Below are positions 51,587 to 62,675 of a stretch of 64,000 nt of DNA, piece after piece. Where the stretch lies: positions 512,001 through 576,000 of the forward strand of contig CP000067.1 in NCBI GenBank assembly GCA_000002445.1. The letters run 5' to 3'. Below the pieces are notes generated by a model. It searched no databases and was not told the origin of the DNA. It was given only the letters and a program-made list of their open reading frames with translations. How positions within the stretch are numbered: the first letter of the stretch is position 1; each line of letters starts with the position of its first letter. The position numbers and the translations under genes were made by a program. Source of the DNA: Trypanosoma brucei (lineage: Eukaryota).

Positions 51587-53371
51587 TTGCCCCTAATGGA
51601 AACTAAAGAGAAATCACCAATGTTGGACGATTTGCGGGACGATTGTCCAGCATTCTCAAGGTTGGACTGCTTGGGCAACCTGACAGGAGAGGGCGAGGGG
51701 CCAGCGGTGGGGCTGAAGGAACATGCGCTCCAACAGCGTGCTGAATCCTCCTTCGATAGGGATAGACGACTTGCGGGGATATTTTCGTTAGATGGCGTGA
51801 GAGGACGCAACCGCCTTGTCAAGGAAGATGATAATGGAAATGTAGAATACAAGTGGCGCCTAACGGGCGTCAGCGCGGGCCGCTTAGAGCACCTGATAAC
51901 TCAGATGAGATTTCGGGTGGGAGAGGGAAACGGTCAATGCCTGTACGAATTGGGTGTTGCTGATGACGGCACACCACGAGGGCTTTCCGCCGCCGATTAC
52001 CAGGAGTCTGTAGAAACACTTCTGCGCATGGCGAAGGCGCTCGGGCTTGACACAACCGTTTTACAAGAGTTTGCAGTTCAAGAGACTCCCGTACCGCTGT
52101 GGTGCGGTGAGATTCTTGTTACGCAGCGGCAAGCGAAGCAGCAGGATTGCAGGGTGGCCTTCTGTGGCACCACAGGGAGTGGGAAGTCCACCTTGATGGG
52201 CGTTCTCCTCACAGGACTCCGCGATGACGGAGTTGGCAGTGCGCGTCAGCTCATATTTAATCACAAACACGAAATCACCACGGGGAAGACGTCGTCCATT
52301 GTGACGCGTGTGCTTCCTGTTACCGAATCAAGAGTAGAAGAAATGCCGTTTGCGTATCGGCCTGAAAGTAGTGAGCGGCCATGTCGCTCTATTACGATGA
52401 TCGACCTCGGTGGGGATGTGACTAAACAGATGCTCTTTGGATTGATGAGCCGGCGGCCGGACTTCACGGGGATAACAATTGCTGTTGATCAGTCTGTTAA
52501 CGAGATAGCGAGGTACGCCCAGGTTTGCTGTGCAATGAAATTTCCGTTCTTTGTCGTTGTGACGAAGATAGACACAGTGGTTGAGTTTGAAGTTGATGCG
52601 TTTTTGCTGGAGCTGGCCGCGAAACTGTCGACTATTGGATGCAGTTCACTTGTGCTAGCAACTTCAAGTGATGTGGTGGCATTTCAAAAGACGTGGAGGA
52701 AGAATAAGCAGGTTCCTCTGCTCTCTTTGTCTTCCGTGAGTAACGATGGCATCGAAGTGTTTCAGCAGTTTCTTTCCTCCCTACCGCATGTAGAGATACC
52801 TCCAACTCCGAACTCTATGTTTGAGGTTCTTCTTGATGGTTGTTTTCTCGTTCGGGGAGTTGGCCCAGTTGTGAAAGGACATGTGTCGAAGGGATCTGTT
52901 GAGTTGGGGTGCCGCTGTAACATTGGACCGGATGCAGAGGGAAAGTTTCACGCCGTTACCGTAAGAGGAATTCATGTGGATGGATCCCACGTCACACGTG
53001 CGCAGCAGAGTGACGAGGGAACATTCGCTCTTTCCGAACTTCCTAACGGCATTGATATGTCACAGAAGGGTAAGATGCTGATTCCCAACTCGGTGGAAGT
53101 CTGTTGGGAGTTTGAGGCGCTCATAAAGGTACTCGCACAATCCATAACGCCGCAGCTGGAGCCGATTCTTTATTCGGGTAACCTTCGACAGGCCGTAAAA
53201 ATAGTACCTTCTGGTGTGGAGACCCAGCAACTTATTGATGAAAAGGTATTAGTTCGCTTTCGGTTTTTATACCACCCAGAGGTGATGCGCGAGGGTGCCA
53301 GTATTATTCTCCAGTGGCAACCGAGCGGGATCGCTGTCGGTGAGGTGCAATCGGTATTTGCAAATGTGTAG
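51587..53371 (+). CDS. GTP-binding protein, GTPBP1 / EF-Tu-like family (594 aa)
   Basis: Has a P-loop (CGTTGSGKSTLMGVLLTG), the GTPBP1-like stretch (ARQLIFNHKHEITTGKTSSI), DLGG (G3) and VVVTKID (G4, the TKxD variant typical of GTPBP1). These are followed by EF-Tu-like β-barrel domains. The start may be METKEK at 51596. Confidence 0.75.
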   Translation: MPLMETKEKSPMLDDLRDDCPAFSRLDCLGNLTGEGEGPAVGLKEHALQQRAESSFDRDRRLAGIFSLDGVRGRNRLVKEDDNGNVEYKWRLTGVSAGRLEHLITQMRFRVGEGNGQCLYELGVADDGTPRGLSAADYQESVETLLRMAKALGLDTTVLQEFAVQETPVPLWCGEILVTQRQAKQQDCRVAFCGTTGSGKSTLMGVLLTGLRDDGVGSARQLIFNHKHEITTGKTSSIVTRVLPVTESRVEEMPFAYRPESSERPCRSITMIDLGGDVTKQMLFGLMSRRPDFTGITIAVDQSVNEIARYAQVCCAMKFPFFVVVTKIDTVVEFEVDAFLLELAAKLSTIGCSSLVLATSSDVVAFQKTWRKNKQVPLLSLSSVSNDGIEVFQQFLSSLPHVEIPPTPNSMFEVLLDGCFLVRGVGPVVKGHVSKGSVELGCRCNIGPDAEGKFHAVTVRGIHVDGSHVTRAQQSDEGTFALSELPNGIDMSQKGKMLIPNSVEVCWEFEALIKVLAQSITPQLEPILYSGNLRQAVKIVPSGVETQQLIDEKVLVRFRFLYHPEVMREGASIILQWQPSGIAVGEVQSVFANV

Positions 53372-54452
53372 TTCACTTTATCCTTCTGTCCCCCCCTTTT
53401 TAATGGCTGACCCCGAGGTAATTAATGAAAAGAACGTTCAATAGGGCCTCGCAGGGACGTCGCTTCGTGCCGACGGCCATTTTTTCCTTAGTTAACTTCG
53501 CTGCGGGTCGGTTTTGCCATCGTTGCGGATCCGAACAAATGTGCTTATTTTTTTGTTCCCCACCCTCTCTGTTGTGTTGCAGTACTGTATGGGCGACACG
53601 CACAGGACAGAGGTTATGGTGGGCGCTACTCTCCGTACTGCGCTTTGAAGGATGCCTTCAAATTCCTTATCTTGTTGTATCTCTTGCATCCAGAAACGGG
53701 TGAAGTGAAGAGCGGTGAGGGAAGTTCTGAACGTTCCCGAGTCGACTTGCTTCATGGTACGCAGAAGGCGGGAAAACTTACATGTGTGTTTTACATCTGT
53801 TTATTACTGTGCTCTGCTGCTCATCCAGCCGGTCACTTGCCTTTGGTTCTTGAGGAAGATAGGGACTCACTCACCGATTTTGCACAGCGGCTGCGACGAA
53901 AATTGCGGAGTAAATGTTGTCGGTGGTGTGCGAAGTTGTATTATTAAAATTTGATGCAGCAACTGCTCGGGACACGTGTGGTTTTATGTGTTAATGGGGG
54001 GGGGGCATATGTGTGAATGACGTGCTATATTAGACTGTTCTTTCGAGGTCATTTGTTGTTTTCCCCGTATCTAAGTCTCCTAATCGGGGCACCTTTTTTT
54101 TTTTTCATGAATGCTCTGCTTCACTGTTGGTACTTGTGGTTGCTGGTCGTTGGGGGAAAAGTCTCCCCGTTTTTCCTCCTATTTTCCTCTTCCTGAGTAA
54201 TCACATCCACACTTTGTTAAGCTCATCTTTCTCATACCTCAGGAACAATACCCCCACCAACGACGTTAGGGCAAGGCAACGTTTTTTGTCTTTTTTTTTT
54301 CGGGGGTGGCGTGATCGCATAACCTCACAGACCTTTCACCGTATATCCCAGATACGTACGCATTGGTTATCAAATTGGAGAGACGCAAGTGACCGTAATT
54401 CCAGGGTTGATTGTGTACTTTTTTTTTTTTAAAAGAGGTTGCCGACTGCCTC

Positions 54453-57400
54453 ATGATAGGGTCTTCTGCGACCACCGTGTCATGCTCAAATGATGTTTGT
54501 AGTCGTGCCAACGAGCGCTGGGACGAGGACCGCCTCGCCGTTGCCACTCACGTGCAGAGTTTGTTGGTTGCGATCCGCTCCAATGAGAGGTTTGGCGCCA
54601 AGGCGCGTTTCTTAGGATCGAGTGACGTGGTAGAACATGTGCTGCTGCGCCGTCTCCGGGCTTTACAACGCAAGATCGTGACTCCATGTTTGGTGCGCCC
54701 GATCACGGAGGAGGCGATTCTGCTCCCGTTCTGCGACATATGGATAAGTGAGGAGATGAGTTACACCATAATTGGCACGGCAATGACTTCTTTATCGAAC
54801 TTGATTGATCTTAGGTGCACCTTCATTACAGTGAAGGGGATCCAGAGGGTGTTGGAGCTGGCCCAGCGGTCTGTTGGTGGTTCCGAAGATGACCTTACCT
54901 ATGAGGATCTGTTGCTGAGGAAGCTGAAGTTGTGCGTGAGTTGTGTGAAGCATCCGTGCGCGCGTGCGCTTCCTGAGACCTTCTTTGTCGACGTCGTACG
55001 CCTGGCATTCGTGATAGCCATGCATCCGGACACGAGCTTGCTGCTCCGTTGTATTGCTAAGGAGGCTATGAAAGACACTGCGACGGCGATGTACGGCTTT
55101 ATAATTGAGAATATTTCTTCGTATAATTTGGGTCAAGGCAGCACCGATGGCGTTGAGAACTTTCAAGCCCACGAAAGTTGTGTCGATTTTCAGCTCACGG
55201 GCGTTCCCATGCTTCGCTATGTATGTAGTCTCATCGATGGAACTGTCAGTGAGATCAAGGAGGGCCGTTTTAGTCCGGGTATGTTTGGTTCGGCAGCGGA
55301 TTCCTCACTCGTCAGGAAGGTTCAACTGGAAGGCCTGCATTTAGCGCAGTCTATTCTTTTCGTCGTCAAGGATCATTTGTGCATGCCGGAGTGCGGGAAT
55401 TTGCTTTACAGCGTGCAGCACAATCTTTGTAGGGCTTTGTTGGTTGCTGGAGTGGGGACGGAGGACATCGGTCTTCTTTCTCAGATATTTCCAACGGTGC
55501 ACACCGTCGTGAAGGTAGCTTCATTTCACCTGCTTCCGCAAACCTATTCGTTTTTGAAGGTGCTTCATCTGGATCCGCTTGTGCGCATTGGCAGCGATCT
55601 AAACACAAATTCGACGTCCAGCCGAGTTGGCTCCGTCACAACATCCTCTCAGCGGCCGAGTCCGGCTGCTCAAATGAGCGTGTCAAAGATGCTGGATCTT
55701 TGTGAGAAGCGGGAGCTTATTTTGGAAAGTCTAGTGGGGTTCTGCACGGACGCGAACTTTGCCGTATTTTGCTACGCACAGTATGATCTTTCGCGACGCT
55801 TTCTTCCACTTCTAGAGCATATGTGTAGCTTGTTGGTGGAGAACTGTTTCAATATCACTAACTCGAACGTGCCCCTGGAGGGTGGAAAGCCTGGTCACAA
55901 CGGGCTTACAAATGATGTAGAGGTTGGGACACCGTTGACGAGGATGGATGCGCTTGCCCTCGAGGCAATCAAGGGGCTGTTGTGGCAGGTGTCGCAGGTT
56001 GCTCCACCACAGCGGTTTCATGGGGACTCAAATATGGCGGCCATGATTAACGCGCGTATAACCGAGAAGAATATGCTCGTAGAGCTCGCATCTCTTTTTC
56101 GCACTAACGCTCTAAAGAGCGGCATCCCTTTTCTTCTTGAGAAAGCCATCCGCTTGCCAGCTGGATCCTTGAAAGGGGTTGAAACGGGCAGTATTGGCTG
56201 TGATGTGCCAATGCTGATCCTCGAAGAACCTGCTGGTGGGCGTGAGGTTGGCGCCTGTCTGTACCGTTTGAGTGGTCTTCTTGATAAGCGTGCGCTAGGC
56301 GACTACCTGGGGGAGTTGGGCCGGGAACCACCCGAGCCGGATCCGGATGAAGGTGAGCATTACCAAGCGGCCCTAGCGGCTTGGATGGAAGACCGAAAGG
56401 ACGACCACTTGAAGCTTGGCACAGTACGCTATCACCAAGAGCAATTAAAGGGTTTCCTCCAGTCATTTGATTTCCGTGGCAAGTCCCTGTTGTCATCGAT
56501 ACGTGAGACAGCCTATCATATGTGCATGCCAGGCGAGGCCCAGAAGATCGATCGGGTTATGGAAGTGTTTTCCAGAACCTGGTTGGAAGCCAACCGCGGG
56601 GAGGGGAAGGATATCAATCCCTTTCAGAGCGAACAAGGGCCATTCATTTTAGGTTTTTCACTCATCATGCTTAACACCGATCAACACTCAGGGAAAATGA
56701 GTAAACCAATGACCCAAGAGGACTTCCGACGCATGCACCGTGATAGTGACGGTGGAGGCAGCCTCCCCGAAGAGTACCTGAGGGCCGTGTTTGAGGATGT
56801 GAAGGCGCATCCAATTATCATGGCGGAGATGATGGATGTCGGCTTTTCAAATGACGTCACGTGGCGCTTAGAGATGCGGCCATCCGAAGCTGTTGAGTCA
56901 AGGAAATCGGACCCGTTTACGAGGGTATCAATGCAGGCAGTGTCGCCAAACGCTCTTGAATCTTGCGAGGTGGAGGCACTTCGGCCGTTTATCTTACGTA
57001 TGATATGGAGTTATTGCCTTACCGCCTTCGGCAATACTTTAGTGGGTTGCACAAAGTCGGTGTTCGCCACCCAAAAGGATAGCACGCAGGAGACTGGCGC
57101 CGAAGGCGGCGACGTGATTCCCCAGCTTGCCACGCCTGAGTACGCGTACAACTGTGCACTGGACGGATTATGTCTTCTGGCTAAGGCAGCGAGGGACCGT
57201 GGCATGGCCTCCGTCGTTGATCGCGTCATCCTCACCATTCTGTCCCAGTTGCCGCTTGACTTGGAGAACGTTGGGAGCACAATTCCACAACTTTCCACTC
57301 AGCCTTCCGCCCTACTCTGCCTTGAAAAGGTGTTTCGTGTGCTCGATGAGTGTGTTCACGACGTCCTCGATGCTTGGGAGAAGTTGGGCCGGCTTTTTTC

Positions 57401-59468
57401 AAACTTCTTTCTTCTTGGCATGTTTTCCCGCGATGTAGTCGACTCGCCGGAGACTGTAACGCTTCGGGCTGAGTTGTACGCTAATCCCTGTGCTGGTGCC
57501 GAGGAAATCGGTGACACACAACCAGATGGCGGGTGGCTCTCCACACTGTGGGGCTCCCCAAACACTCAGAACCGCACGAAGGAGCTTCGTTTGCAGAGGG
57601 AACAGGAAACCATGGAACGTGTAAAGGCTCTTCTCCCAACTTTGGAAGAACTTCTGAATATGATTGATGGGCTTGATGTCGACTCACACGGGAGGTTTTT
57701 TTCTGTGCTTTGCGAAGAAGTGCGACATAAGCTGAGGCAGAAAGATGGCGGGAGGTTATCCACTCATTTGTTGGTACTCATTACAGAAATTGCCGTGCGC
57801 CGTCCTGCGGAGCAGACCATATTGGATCGCTACATAAAATTATGCCAACAAACAGCTTCACATTACTTTACTGCCCACGAACATCTTGACGATGCTGATT
57901 TGTATCGCAACAACATCAGTGAAGACGGTGAGAGCAGTAGCCGTCTCTATGCCCCGACCACCGAGAGGTTTGGGGTTTCTTTCGGAGCCGGTGCCTCTCC
58001 CGCGAGTTTTGACTTCTTTGAGGAGTGGTTGACATCGACAACGCGCGTCGTCAAGGCAGTACTCAGAGCTCTTGTCTGCTTCGCGTCCAATGCGGAATCT
58101 CGGCATGTTTTTTCACCCCTTCTTGACTTGCTGATGGCCGCACCACCGAACGTATTCAAGGTTGCCGTCGCCGCTGACCTCTCACTTACTCTACTGGAGT
58201 TAACTCAGGAGGCCCCTCGGCTGGTTAACCCACCATATAACCTTTCGCTTAATGGAGTACTTTCTGCGCTCTCCCTTTCCTTTACCACGTGCCCCAGCCC
58301 CGTTGTCCAAAAGCGCGTTCAGAGTGCTCTCTCCTTTGTGGTGAGGGAGGCACTTTATGATTCGTTAAGTGAGAGTGATGATATTGTGAATGTGTTAGTG
58401 ACGTGTGCTCTTCAGTCGTCCAGGATGCAGGAGGAATATCCTGCTTCTGCCGATACAACATGGCCCCGGACAAATGTGAAACCCTCCGATGTACCTGAAC
58501 AAGGTGAACTCGTAGAAAGTTTTATTGGGAGCCTGGTGACTGTGTGCCATCGCTTCGCGATAAATCACGCGTTAAGAGATGCCCCGGCTGACAACGCGAA
58601 AGGACCTGCTGTGTGGATTATTGCACTGAAGGGGCTCTCCAACTTGGTTGTTATGTCTCGTCACAGCAGGGACCGGAACATGGCCCTGTTGTGCCTACAA
58701 CGTTGTTTACTAGACTTGGAAATTGGTTCGCTGTCCGCGGATACGGTGGTCCTGGTGTACGAGAACGTAATATTCCCCCTCGTGGAGCAGACTTGCGCAT
58801 CACCTTCAGACTCCCCTGCAACTCTCGGGGAACGGTGTGATCAAAATGATGGGTGCCAAGGTGGTCACGCCACCGATAAGGTTCTTCCTCAAATTCTACC
58901 CAAACAGTTTTCGGTAACTAGTATACTAAGTTCCCTTGCCCCAGCTCCGCCGTCGCGCCGGGCTGCACAGTCCGCTGCTGCTGCTGCCGCCCAGCGATCA
59001 CAAGGCGGCAGGGACAAACACCGGGAAGTGGTTGATTTGAAGTGTCGTGTTGTGTCTCTACTTTCGAAAGTGTTCCTCCACTATGCAAAGTTAATGGGAG
59101 AAAATCCCGTAGTCCTACGGGATTTGTGGCAGCGCGTGTTGGGAACGCTGTGCGCCCTCTACACATCTTTATCTGAGGAGTCAGGGACTGGTTTACCCGG
59201 CGGCGAGGCCGCGACTTTGGATGTGCCGGCTTTTAACGGGCCGCGAAGGATTGGAGCTATGGCGGAGGATAACGCTGTGCTGCGTGAAGCCATACAGGAG
59301 GCAGTGAAGAACATGATCTACGTTCTTGCCTCTATTCTGGTAGGGACGGGATCAACTTTGGAGGCAGTAGAGGCACAGCAGTTTTGGACGTCTACGAAGA
59401 ATCTTCTGCGCACCTTTGACTTTGCAGAGCAGTTGCTAGTTTTCATTGACAACCTTGAGGGTACTTGA
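54453..59468 (+). CDS. Sec7-domain ARF guanine-nucleotide exchange factor, BIG/GBF1-like (≈1670 aa)
   Basis: Sec7 catalytic motifs are present: AYHMCMPGEAQKIDRVMEVFSRTW (glutamic finger) and FILGFSLIMLNTDQHSGKMSKPMTQEDFRRMHR. The long α-helical flanks look like the HUS/HDS regions of large ARF-GEFs. The six-frame ORF starts at 54411 inside a T-run, so the start is more likely MIGSSATT at 54453. Confidence 0.8.
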   Translation: MIGSSATTVSCSNDVCSRANERWDEDRLAVATHVQSLLVAIRSNERFGAKARFLGSSDVVEHVLLRRLRALQRKIVTPCLVRPITEEAILLPFCDIWISEEMSYTIIGTAMTSLSNLIDLRCTFITVKGIQRVLELAQRSVGGSEDDLTYEDLLLRKLKLCVSCVKHPCARALPETFFVDVVRLAFVIAMHPDTSLLLRCIAKEAMKDTATAMYGFIIENISSYNLGQGSTDGVENFQAHESCVDFQLTGVPMLRYVCSLIDGTVSEIKEGRFSPGMFGSAADSSLVRKVQLEGLHLAQSILFVVKDHLCMPECGNLLYSVQHNLCRALLVAGVGTEDIGLLSQIFPTVHTVVKVASFHLLPQTYSFLKVLHLDPLVRIGSDLNTNSTSSRVGSVTTSSQRPSPAAQMSVSKMLDLCEKRELILESLVGFCTDANFAVFCYAQYDLSRRFLPLLEHMCSLLVENCFNITNSNVPLEGGKPGHNGLTNDVEVGTPLTRMDALALEAIKGLLWQVSQVAPPQRFHGDSNMAAMINARITEKNMLVELASLFRTNALKSGIPFLLEKAIRLPAGSLKGVETGSIGCDVPMLILEEPAGGREVGACLYRLSGLLDKRALGDYLGELGREPPEPDPDEGEHYQAALAAWMEDRKDDHLKLGTVRYHQEQLKGFLQSFDFRGKSLLSSIRETAYHMCMPGEAQKIDRVMEVFSRTWLEANRGEGKDINPFQSEQGPFILGFSLIMLNTDQHSGKMSKPMTQEDFRRMHRDSDGGGSLPEEYLRAVFEDVKAHPIIMAEMMDVGFSNDVTWRLEMRPSEAVESRKSDPFTRVSMQAVSPNALESCEVEALRPFILRMIWSYCLTAFGNTLVGCTKSVFATQKDSTQETGAEGGDVIPQLATPEYAYNCALDGLCLLAKAARDRGMASVVDRVILTILSQLPLDLENVGSTIPQLSTQPSALLCLEKVFRVLDECVHDVLDAWEKLGRLFSNFFLLGMFSRDVVDSPETVTLRAELYANPCAGAEEIGDTQPDGGWLSTLWGSPNTQNRTKELRLQREQETMERVKALLPTLEELLNMIDGLDVDSHGRFFSVLCEEVRHKLRQKDGGRLSTHLLVLITEIAVRRPAEQTILDRYIKLCQQTASHYFTAHEHLDDADLYRNNISEDGESSSRLYAPTTERFGVSFGAGASPASFDFFEEWLTSTTRVVKAVLRALVCFASNAESRHVFSPLLDLLMAAPPNVFKVAVAADLSLTLLELTQEAPRLVNPPYNLSLNGVLSALSLSFTTCPSPVVQKRVQSALSFVVREALYDSLSESDDIVNVLVTCALQSSRMQEEYPASADTTWPRTNVKPSDVPEQGELVESFIGSLVTVCHRFAINHALRDAPADNAKGPAVWIIALKGLSNLVVMSRHSRDRNMALLCLQRCLLDLEIGSLSADTVVLVYENVIFPLVEQTCASPSDSPATLGERCDQNDGCQGGHATDKVLPQILPKQFSVTSILSSLAPAPPSRRAAQSAAAAAAQRSQGGRDKHREVVDLKCRVVSLLSKVFLHYAKLMGENPVVLRDLWQRVLGTLCALYTSLSEESGTGLPGGEAATLDVPAFNGPRRIGAMAEDNAVLREAIQEAVKNMIYVLASILVGTGSTLEAVEAQQFWTSTKNLLRTFDFAEQLLVFIDNLEGT

Positions 59469-60176
59469 GGGGTAACGAAGAAACTACAGTGTGAATCAAG
59501 CGATTAATGGTAGACGTAGAGCCTCCCGCTGAAGCATGTCGCAGCACTAACTGTCCTGACATCGGGCGCGGTCAAAAACAAAGAGACAAGCAAACATCAG
59601 CATCATCAGCGAATTAACTATTTCTAACAAGCTGCCGGTTTTATTCCCCTACTCCACTTTTCTTCTCTTGTCTGATGCCCACGTAGTTCCACTGGAAATG
59701 CGTATGATGGTTGCTGACAGTTAGTTGGTGACCGTGGTAGTGTTCCTATTCTCATTCCCATTCTCTACCTCATGTCTTTTAACCTCCGTTCGAGCCGTGC
59801 ACCTCAACAGGTGTTTGGTTGGTATTGTTTGTGTGTTGCGCCGCTTTGTACAGTAAAAATACCAATAGCGAAGGGGAAAGTCGTGTAAGGGAGGCGATTT
59901 GGATTTTTTTTTGCAGTCACCCGGTAGTGTCTCTTCGCTACTTTTTTCTTCGTTGCTTCATCATTCCCACAGTTTCTGTCCGTTACTGTTTGCGGAGGCG
60001 CCGGTACCTCCTTCTCTGATCACGCTCAAGTGGCTGTTGTACAAACAGGGGAGCGCCTTGATTCTCGCCGCTTGAAAGTATTTTGCGAAAGTACAGAAAA
60101 GATAACAGCAAAGGCGGCAGCGAGGGAGGCACAGACACACACACACAAAAAAAAAAGAGATTGAGGAGGCCGCTGC

Positions 60177-60656
60177 ATGAAGGCGACAATTATAACACCA
60201 GGGGAGACGTATCGCATTTTAGCGCCCGCATCGTCGTTGCACAAATACTTGACAGACAGCTACTGGTGCTCTGCGATGGAAGAGGTATGCGAGGGAAAAC
60301 TAGACGGTGTTGCAGTGCGTTATACCGGGCAGCAGTTGGTGCTTCTGCAGTTCCGCCCAAAGCAACTGTCCCCTGCAGGCTACCGGTATCCCATTTCCAT
60401 GTCTATTCCTGTGGAGTATTTGGTCCCCATATCTACTGAGGAATCGACGGAGGATCACAATATTTGCAAACATGATACCAATTACGGTACAAAGGAGTCA
60501 ACTTTTTTGGGCTCGGGGTTTGCGCCACTGTGTGTTGTTTGCGGGAGATATAATGTACCGGGTATGGTGTTGAGGCACCATGGCTATAAATGCCCCGAAT
60601 GCGTGGGCCACAAGTCGACACGCAAATTGCGCATGGAGGGTGCACGGCGGCGCTGA
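60177..60656 (+). CDS. Hypothetical protein with C-terminal CxxC…CxxC zinc-ribbon (159 aa)
   Basis: An ORF on the array's coding strand. The C-terminus reads CVVCGRYNVPGMVLRHHGYKCPEC. Confidence 0.4.
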   Translation: MKATIITPGETYRILAPASSLHKYLTDSYWCSAMEEVCEGKLDGVAVRYTGQQLVLLQFRPKQLSPAGYRYPISMSIPVEYLVPISTEESTEDHNICKHDTNYGTKESTFLGSGFAPLCVVCGRYNVPGMVLRHHGYKCPECVGHKSTRKLRMEGARRR

Positions 60657-62675
60657 TTTGTGAAGCTTACGGAGCCAGTGGAAGTTACGTAGGAGAGGGG
60701 AATGTGTGGAAACGGGGAAGACGAAAACGGAGAGCAGAGAGAACCGGATGCGTGGGGCGTGTCTGTTGAACCACAGTGGGAAGAATGATGATTTAAGCAG
60801 AGTATCGAAGAGTGTGTGTGATGCATGCCCACGTTTGTATTGATGTATTTAACGTCACGTACATGCACATCGTATTAGTTTTGCGTTGTTCGTGCGTTAC
60901 GTTGAAAGTGATTTTGGCTGGCGTTGGGAAGGGGAGGAGGGCTTGTCAGCTCCCCATCTACACCTATGCACTCCTCATGCTCGGCTTGTGCGTGCACGTG
61001 TGCGCTTTGGTTTGTATCGTCCCACCCGATACACATCTTCACTGAACGCTTCTGTGCTGTAGTTGTTGGCACATCAGCATTAGGCCCATCCATCTGTTTA
61101 TGTGTGTTTGTGTATGTGTACAGCTAAATGTGTCTCTATTACGAGAGGGTCTGAATGGACACCTCATGTCTCATCATCACTTTCCCTCCCCCCCCCCCAA
61201 TGACACGAGAAGCCCTGTGACTGCCGATGTGAAGTACCATGTGAAGAAGTTTATTTGGTGAGTTAAGGTGCATATATACATATGTCTATATATATATATA
61301 TATACTGGGCAAGGCTTGATGCTGCTACTCGTCACGAAATGTTTGATCGTTAAGCGGTGTGAATGCACTTGGAGAGTGCTGCGGCTTTACACCACGCGAC
61401 GAGGTTTCCGTCGGAAGAGTGGTTTCGTGTTTGGAGGTTCCTCGCCGTGGCAGGTGTGATGCTTTGGGAGGTTTTTTTTTTTACTTCTCTGCTTACTCAC
61501 TTATGCCCTATGTGCATTTCGAATGTTTTCTTTTCTTTCTTTGATTCCTATGGCGTGCACATTACACATTTATAAATGTTGTGCTACCGTATGGCTGTCT
61601 GAGGTTGAAGTCAACCCCCTCCCCTCCCCTACTCCCACATGCGTGCCAAAATCCTTTTCCGCATCTGTGAGTGGAGTGCTGATGGAGCACGGGCTTGAGT
61701 TTTGTGTACACTGCTTTTAGCTGGCGTTGATGGAGGGATTCGCTTTCACCAAAAACGCGCGGGAGTGGGTGCCGGAGGTTTATCTTTTCGCCAAACTGCA
61801 CTCCTCATACTAACACCACTGATTTGTTTTCCAATGAGGAAGTTATGATTACATGTTTGCGGTGCTGTTCACCTGAGGCGGGTTTGGTAAGGAGGGGAGA
61901 GTTAAAAATGTGGATGAGTGAATATGGTTTGTGTGCGCGAAACGGAACGGTTAAGAGAAGACGAGATATTCCAACTTTTACTTCCTTCGTTTGCTTGTTT
62001 AGTTGTTTAATATGTTCAAACGAGCCGTTGCCTCCCTATTGCTTTCCTTCCCTCCGAGCGTACGAGATACGTCAGCGTGATTTTGTTTTTCTTTGTTTTT
62101 TACTATCCTTTCCACCACCTTGCTTCTTTAAGGTGCCTTTTGCTTGCTTGTTTGTTTTTACGTCTTTGAGAGCTTTTGTTTGTATGTGTGGACAAAAATA
62201 TATATATCTCGTTTTAATAATCGTGACGTCCTTCCCTTCCTTAACTCATTCTCAACTCTTTATTCCACCTTTCGGCGTCACCCTAAAACGCCGTGACCAC
62301 CATGTAAGAGGTTTAGAGCAGAGAAAAGCTGGAGAAAAGGAAGCGACGAAGCAAAGCTACAAGAAGAAAAAAGACGAAAGCACCAACAGCAACAGTAACA
62401 GCGACATCAACGAAAAGCAAAAGCAAATAATTATTGAGGACGTTCGTGTCGCACAGGGGTTGTTTGGGGTTGCGGTATATTGATATATAAACATATTTGT
62501 TGATTACCTTCCTTGCCTCAACTAGAGGCAAGGCGGTTGCATGTGTCTTCATGGCACGTTCACATTTTAAAAAATCCTTTGTTTGTCTTCTGTACTATGT
62601 CAGCTACGTTGTTCTACTTTACTTTTTTTTCCCTTACCTGAACCCTCCACCCAAAGGTGAGTTTTAGCCTCCACA